A stretch of 55,009 nt of DNA from Candidatus Limnocylindrus sp. (GTDB lineage Bacteria; Chloroflexota; Limnocylindria; Limnocylindrales; Limnocylindraceae). How positions within the stretch are numbered: position 1 is the first letter of the stretch; every line of letters begins with the position of its first letter. The position numbers were made by a program, and so were the translations under genes. This document shows positions 50,339 to 55,009 of this stretch, piece by piece. The stretch is from positions 1 through 55,009 of the forward strand of contig JBJTVF010000017.1 of NCBI GenBank assembly GCA_046081085.1. Direction: 5' to 3'. Below the pieces are notes generated by a model. The model was not told the DNA's origin. It did no database searches and saw only the letters and a program-made list of their open reading frames with translations.

Positions 50339-51528
50339 GCGGCCACCTCTTTCGCCTTACGTTTGAACGGCATGCGGATTATGCGCGCCGTGAGTGTTGG
50401 GGCAGCGATGAACATGATCACCAGCGCCTGGATAAAGAAGAGGAGATCGATCGGAATAGAAGTTTCAAGCCCCATCAGTCCTCCACCGTTGCGCAGCGCG
50501 CCGAAGACCAGGGCGGTTGCAATCACGCCGCTCGGGCGCGTGCCACCGACCAGCGCAATCGCGATCGCCGTGAATCCCACCCCGCCGGACACCACGGTCG
50601 AGAACTGCTTGATCGTCCCCGTGACTTCGAACGCGCCGCCCATGCCGGCCAACGCGCCCGAGATCGCCATGGCAGCAACGATCGACGAGGAGGCACCCAT
50701 GCCCGCATATCGCGCTGCATCGAGGTTCAGGCCGGCGGCGCGAAGTTCAAACCCTCGCGTGGTACGGAACAAGAACCAGCTCACCACTGCCGCGGCGGCG
50801 AGCGCGACCAGGAACCCGAGGTGCAATCGGAGTTCGGGGATGGGCAGGATGCCGGGTATCACGATGTAGTCGGCGAGTGCCTTCGAGATCGGCTGGGTTC
50901 CGTCTTCGCGCTGGATCAGCGTCCAATTCGAGAGCAGGAAGAAGACGAACAGGCTGGCGACGTAGTTGAGCATGATCGTGGTGATCACCTCGCTGGAGCC
51001 CGCGCGCACCTTAAGGAATCCGGGGATAAAGCCCCACGACGCGCCAAGCAGCGCACCTGCGGCGATGGTTCCAACGATTACGAGCGGGGCGGGAAGCCCC
51101 ACACCGCCGAGCACGATTGCCGCGGTGGTCGCGCCGAGACCGCCCATTAGGAACTGCCCCTCGCCTCCGATGTTGAAGACTCCAGACCGAAATGCCACTG
51201 AGACGCCGAGCCCGACGAACATCAACGGAATCGACTTCAGCAGGCTCTCGGTGATCGGGCGTGCCGCGCGCGCAAGTTCAGCAGGCTCCCCAGACGCGAG
51301 CGCCTCTGCAATTCGCTCAGGATTGCCGAACGCGCCGCGAAGGAGCGCCGAGTAGGCGGCGCCGACTCGTCCGATCCCCTCGCCGAGTGCGCCGACAGGA
51401 TTGGTGGGGATCATCGCCAGCACTTCGAGGTCGCTCAAGATGATGACCACCCCACCGACGAGGAGCGCGACGAGTATCGAGAGCGCCGGGAGCCGAATCG
51501 CGGAGAGGAGCTCTCGAACGCGCCTCAT
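50335..51528 (-). CDS. Nucleoside ABC transporter permease (NupB-like)
   Basis: FNIGGEGQ, EVITTIMLNY, GFELRA.G.N, GFTAIAIAL. Confidence 0.92.
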   Translation of the reverse strand: MRRVRELLSAIRLPALSILVALLVGGVVIILSDLEVLAMIPTNPVGALGEGIGRVGAAYSALLRGAFGNPERIAEALASGEPAELARAARPITESLLKSIPLMFVGLGVSVAFRSGVFNIGGEGQFLMGGLGATTAAIVLGGVGLPAPLVIVGTIAAGALLGASWGFIPGFLKVRAGSSEVITTIMLNYVASLFVFFLLSNWTLIQREDGTQPISKALADYIVIPGILPIPELRLHLGFLVALAAAAVVSWFLFRTTRGFELRAAGLNLDAARYAGMGASSSIVAAMAISGALAGMGGAFEVTGTIKQFSTVVSGGVGFTAIAIALVGGTRPSGVIATALVFGALRNGGGLMGLETSIPIDLLFFIQALVIMFIAAPTLTARIIRMPFKRKAKEVAA

Positions 51529-53039
51529 GCCGCTGATCCTCCCATGAGCAGACCGACGCGCTCGCGCGTTGCATCTTTCGCATCGAGCACGCCAACGATT
51601 CGTCCTTCGAACATCACGGCGATCCGATCCCCGAGCGCGAGCACCTCGTCAAGCTCGGTGCTGACAATCAGGACGGCCGCACCAGCGTCGCGCTGCTCGA
51701 CGATTCGCTTGTGGATGTACTCGATCGAGCCCACGTCGAGCCCACGCGTCGGTTGAGCCGCGACGACCAGAGCGACCGATCGCGAGAACTCTCGTCCTAC
51801 GATGACCTTCTGCTGATTGCCACCAGAGAGGCTGGCGATATCCGTGTGGATGGACGGTGTTCGCACATCAAAGTCTTTTACGATTTTCTCTGCAGTCGAG
51901 TTGATCGCCGCGCGGTTGAGGGTTGCGCCCGAGCTAAACGGCGCACGGTGGTAGGAGTTCAGCATCAGGTTTTCGGCGACGGTCATCCCCTTGATCATTC
52001 CGTCGCGGCTGCGGTCTTCGGGGATGTGCGCGACTCCAGCGTCGGCGATCTGCCTCGGCGTCGCCCCGACAATGTTCTTGCCGTTCAGTGTCATCACGCC
52101 GCTGTCCACGGGTCGCAGCCCAGTGATCGCCTCGACCAGCTCTGTCTGTCCATTCCCTTGGACGCCGGCAACGGCGACGATCTCACCCGCACGAATCTCC
52201 AGGTCCACGCTGGAGACCGCGATCTCACCTGCCGAATTGAGGACGTCGACCTTCTCCAAGCTCAGCGCAACCGAACCAATCTTTGCCGACCCTCGGTCGA
52301 CGGTGAGTTGCACCTCTCGGCCCACCATCATCTCGGCAAGCCGCTTCGGGTCGGCATCCTTCGGCTTGACGGTGTCGACCACCTTTCCTCGGCGAAGGAC
52401 CGTGATGGTGTCCGCAACCTCGAGGACCTCGTGGAGCTTGTGCGTGATAAAGATGACCGAGGTCCCGGCCTTCGCCAGTCCGCGGATGATTTCGAACAGC
52501 TCTTCCGTCTCCTGAGGCGTGAGCACTGCAGACGGCTCGTCGAGGACGAGCACGTCACTCTGGCGATAGAGCGCCTTCAAGATCTCGACGCGCTGGCGAA
52601 CACCAACTGGGAGCGATTCGATCTTCGCATCAGGATCGACGCTCAGGCCATACCGCTTGGAGAGATCGAGAATCTTCGTTCGCGCGGCACTGCGGTCGAA
52701 GGTTCCAAGGAGACCACGCGACGTCTCGGCCCCAAGGGCGACCGACTCAACGACGTCAAACACGGGTACCAACATGAAGTGCTGATGAACCATTCCGATA
52801 CCTGCCGCGATAGCCTCAGCAGGATCCTTGAAGACTCGCACTTCGCCATCGACGACGATGCTGCCACTATCAGGGCGGTAGATCCCAGAGAGAATGTTCA
52901 TCAGGGTCGACTTCCCGGCGCCGTTCTCCCCGAGCAGGCCGAGGACCTTGCCTCGTTCTACCTGGATCGAGACGTGATCGTTCGCGAGCACACCGGGAAA
53001 CTGCTTGGTGATCTCCCGTAGCTCCAATCGCAACGACAA
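51525..53039 (-). CDS. Nucleoside ABC transporter ATP-binding protein (tandem NBD, NupA-like)
   Basis: GENGAGKS, MVHQHF, LDEP, IPEDR, LSGGNQQK, QPTRGLD. Confidence 0.95.
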   Translation of the reverse strand: MSLRLELREITKQFPGVLANDHVSIQVERGKVLGLLGENGAGKSTLMNILSGIYRPDSGSIVVDGEVRVFKDPAEAIAAGIGMVHQHFMLVPVFDVVESVALGAETSRGLLGTFDRSAARTKILDLSKRYGLSVDPDAKIESLPVGVRQRVEILKALYRQSDVLVLDEPSAVLTPQETEELFEIIRGLAKAGTSVIFITHKLHEVLEVADTITVLRRGKVVDTVKPKDADPKRLAEMMVGREVQLTVDRGSAKIGSVALSLEKVDVLNSAGEIAVSSVDLEIRAGEIVAVAGVQGNGQTELVEAITGLRPVDSGVMTLNGKNIVGATPRQIADAGVAHIPEDRSRDGMIKGMTVAENLMLNSYHRAPFSSGATLNRAAINSTAEKIVKDFDVRTPSIHTDIASLSGGNQQKVIVGREFSRSVALVVAAQPTRGLDVGSIEYIHKRIVEQRDAGAAVLIVSTELDEVLALGDRIAVMFEGRIVGVLDAKDATRERVGLLMGGSAA

Positions 53040-53091
53040 TCGAGACTCCGATCTTGAGGTTCCAAAGGTTAACTCCAGAGGGTTGAAACTT

Positions 53092-53133
53092 GCGCAATCG
53101 GTCCCGACGGTCGCCCGCCGGGACCGATTGCGC
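53092..53133 (-). terminator. Strong intergenic stem-loop after the BMP gene (mRNA stabiliser or partial terminator)
   Basis: Perfect 15-bp inverted repeat GCGCAATCGGTCCCG/CGGGACCGATTGCGC, extendable to 19 bp with a GCGA tetraloop on the minus strand; only a weak U-tract follows. Confidence 0.7.
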
Positions 53134-53170
53134 TGCGACGCGAGCGATCAGCTCCCGTCGCGTGAACTAC

Positions 53171-54262
53171 CTAGTCGAAGTAGTCCGAAACCTTGACCTC
53201 ACCGCTGATGATCTTGGCCTTGAGAGCCTCGACCTTCGCAATGACGTCTGCGGTCACGAGGCTGCCGAATGCCGCCGTCCATGCCGCCTCGGTGCGATTC
53301 AACGGAGCAATTCCGACTCCGCCATTCTCGAGCGTACCCGTGAGGTTCTCACCGCCGAGGTCGCCCGCATAGTTCTTCTCGATCGTCGCGAACACGACTG
53401 GCCCAATCAGCTTCATGGCCGATGTGAGAAGCGTGCCGCAATAGTCAGGAAGCGTCAGGCACTGGTCGGCGTCAACGCCAACCGAGTACTTGCCCGCTGC
53501 GAGCATCGCCTCGTACGTCCCCTCACCGGTCTGGCCGGCGACTGGATGTACGACGTCTGCTCCCTGGCTCAAGAACTGCTCGGCTGTCGACTTGCCGAAC
53601 TCCTTGTTCCCCCATGGATTGTCGCTCGGGGCGAACGTTCCACTCTGCGCAACCGCATCCCAGCCGAGCACCTCGACTGCGCTGCCACTCTCCTCTGCGT
53701 AGTAGTTTGCGCCAGCAACCCACCCGTCCATGAAGCGGGTCACGCCTGCGAACGGCTGACCACCGAACACGCCGAGCTTCTTGGACTCGGAGATCGTTGC
53801 CGCGAGATAGCTCGCGAGCATTGAACCCTGGTCGATCTGGAAGTCGAGGCCGGTGAAGTTTGCTGGGACGTTCGCATCTGCCCAGGTCGAGTCGACATGC
53901 GCAAATGCAATGTCAGGATTTGCCGTGGTGGCCGCAACAACGGCCTCTCCCTGGCTGAAGCCAACGACGATGATGCTATTGCATCCCTCATCGATCAGAA
54001 GCTGAATGTTGGCAGCGTAGTCCGCGCCAGTCTTTGCTTCGCTGTACTGAGTGTCGTACCCAGCCGCTTCAGCTTCTAGGAGGCCTTCGTAGGCCGAGTC
54101 GTTGAAGCTCTTGTCACCGATGCCTCCCACGTCGAGTGCGAGGCACGCCTTGTAGTCGCCCTTGCCGGCGGCAACAGAGGCGGATGGTGACTCGGTCGAA
54201 CCGCCACAGGCGGTCACGACGAGCCCGAGAATGGTGAGGAGCGCGAGCATTCGCGTCTTCAT
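53171..54262 (-). CDS. BMP-family (PnrA/TmpC-like) nucleoside-binding lipoprotein
   Basis: Lipobox VTAC, GGIGDKSFN, VGF, GADVV..VAG, GVDADQ, LTSAMK. Confidence 0.94.
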   Translation of the reverse strand: MKTRMLALLTILGLVVTACGGSTESPSASVAAGKGDYKACLALDVGGIGDKSFNDSAYEGLLEAEAAGYDTQYSEAKTGADYAANIQLLIDEGCNSIIVVGFSQGEAVVAATTANPDIAFAHVDSTWADANVPANFTGLDFQIDQGSMLASYLAATISESKKLGVFGGQPFAGVTRFMDGWVAGANYYAEESGSAVEVLGWDAVAQSGTFAPSDNPWGNKEFGKSTAEQFLSQGADVVHPVAGQTGEGTYEAMLAAGKYSVGVDADQCLTLPDYCGTLLTSAMKLIGPVVFATIEKNYAGDLGGENLTGTLENGGVGIAPLNRTEAAWTAAFGSLVTADVIAKVEALKAKIISGEVKVSDYFD

Positions 54263-54399
54263 CTCTTTCTAGCCCTCCGCTATATCTTTAGCCAAGGCAC
54301 GCGCCTCGGCGGGCCAGCACAGTGCTGGCCTCTGGCGGCATTGTGCCTGATTCTCTGCTGATTTGCGCTCAGGTTTCCCGTGCAGGTCCCGCCGTCTCC

Positions 54400-55009
54400 T
54401 TATTGACTGAGCCGCTCCTCAACCCACGCGTCGAACGCAGCCAAGAGTGGCCGGCGCGCCTCGTCCTCAACGAAGGCAACCTCGTACCCCGTGCGAGCGA
54501 GGGCGAGGAGCTCGGTAACAGTTGAGCCGAGGCGTCGGCGAACCCTCAGGTACTCCTCCGAGAGAGTCAGATCGCTGACGATCAAGTCGTCGGTGTTCAG
54601 GGTGACGCGCACGCCGCGGCGGTGGAGAACGAGGATTGGGAAGTCACCGTATCCAGGAACGATCGCCGCCTGAACGTTGCTTGAGGGGCAAAGGTCGAGC
54701 ACCACGCCGCACGCGATCAGTTCGTCGCACAGGGCAGCGTCATCAACGGCAACGGCGCCGTGCGCAATGCGCGCGGGCCCGACCTCCAGCGCACGGCGAA
54801 CCTGTGCCGCGCCACCCCACTCACCCGCGTGCAGAGTGATCGCCATGCCACCACTCCGCGCAACATCAAATGCATCCTTGAACGTGAGCGGATCAGGGAA
54901 GGCCGCCTCGCGACCGGCAAGGTCAAAGGCAACCACTCCACTGTCTTGCGCCGCAACTGCCGCTGCCGCGAGGGCACGGTTCTCTTCCACGCTGTGTGAG
55001 CGCAGCGCA
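54400..55009 (-). CDS. add: Adenosine deaminase (5' end beyond the window edge)
   Basis: FDLAG.E, TLHAGE, RIAHG, CPSSN, LNTDD motifs. Confidence 0.9.
   Translation of the reverse strand, partial: ALRSHSVEENRALAAAAVAAQDSGVVAFDLAGREAAFPDPLTFKDAFDVARSGGMAITLHAGEWGGAAQVRRALEVGPARIAHGAVAVDDAALCDELIACGVVLDLCPSSNVQAAIVPGYGDFPILVLHRRGVRVTLNTDDLIVSDLTLSEEYLRVRRRLGSTVTELLALARTGYEVAFVEDEARRPLLAAFDAWVEERLSQ

Overview
This is a gene-dense, high-GC bacterial chromosome segment made up almost entirely of housekeeping genes. About 46 CDS and both tRNAs lie on the minus strand; only two real genes are on the plus strand. The blocks, in coordinate order, are: a lower-GC membrane ORFan beside tRNA-Pro(GGG); gpsA-der-ispH-plsC-cmk-rluB-scpB-scpA; site-2 protease-xerD-recN-nadK-dxs-xseB-xseA-efp-Xaa-Pro peptidase-mltG-ruvX-alaS-mnmA-iscS-typA; a degenerate nucleotidyltransferase-like gene; dipeptide epimerase, alpha/beta hydrolase, aspS-hisS-rel; a murE-Fem ligase-murJ cell-wall cassette; xerC-topA-(dprA remnant)-NUDIX-tyrA-M20 dipeptidase-ftsH-tRNA-Met; an LMW phosphatase; and a nucleoside uptake/salvage cluster (nucleoside hydrolase, ABC transporter, BMP lipoprotein, partial adenosine deaminase). 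Gene content, motifs and extreme compaction suggest a streamlined monoderm, possibly Chloroflexota (Limnocylindria-like); this is inference only. I see no mobile element, prophage, CRISPR array or clearly new multi-gene system. The most interesting signals are subtle: probable CTG start codons (xseA, rluB), recurrent leaderless-type promoters, an Arg32-type EF-P with no adjacent earP, a non-DAP-type MurE coupled to a Fem ligase, a dprA reduced to its C-terminal winged helix, a probable pseudoenzyme, and a non-canonical tRNA-Met.
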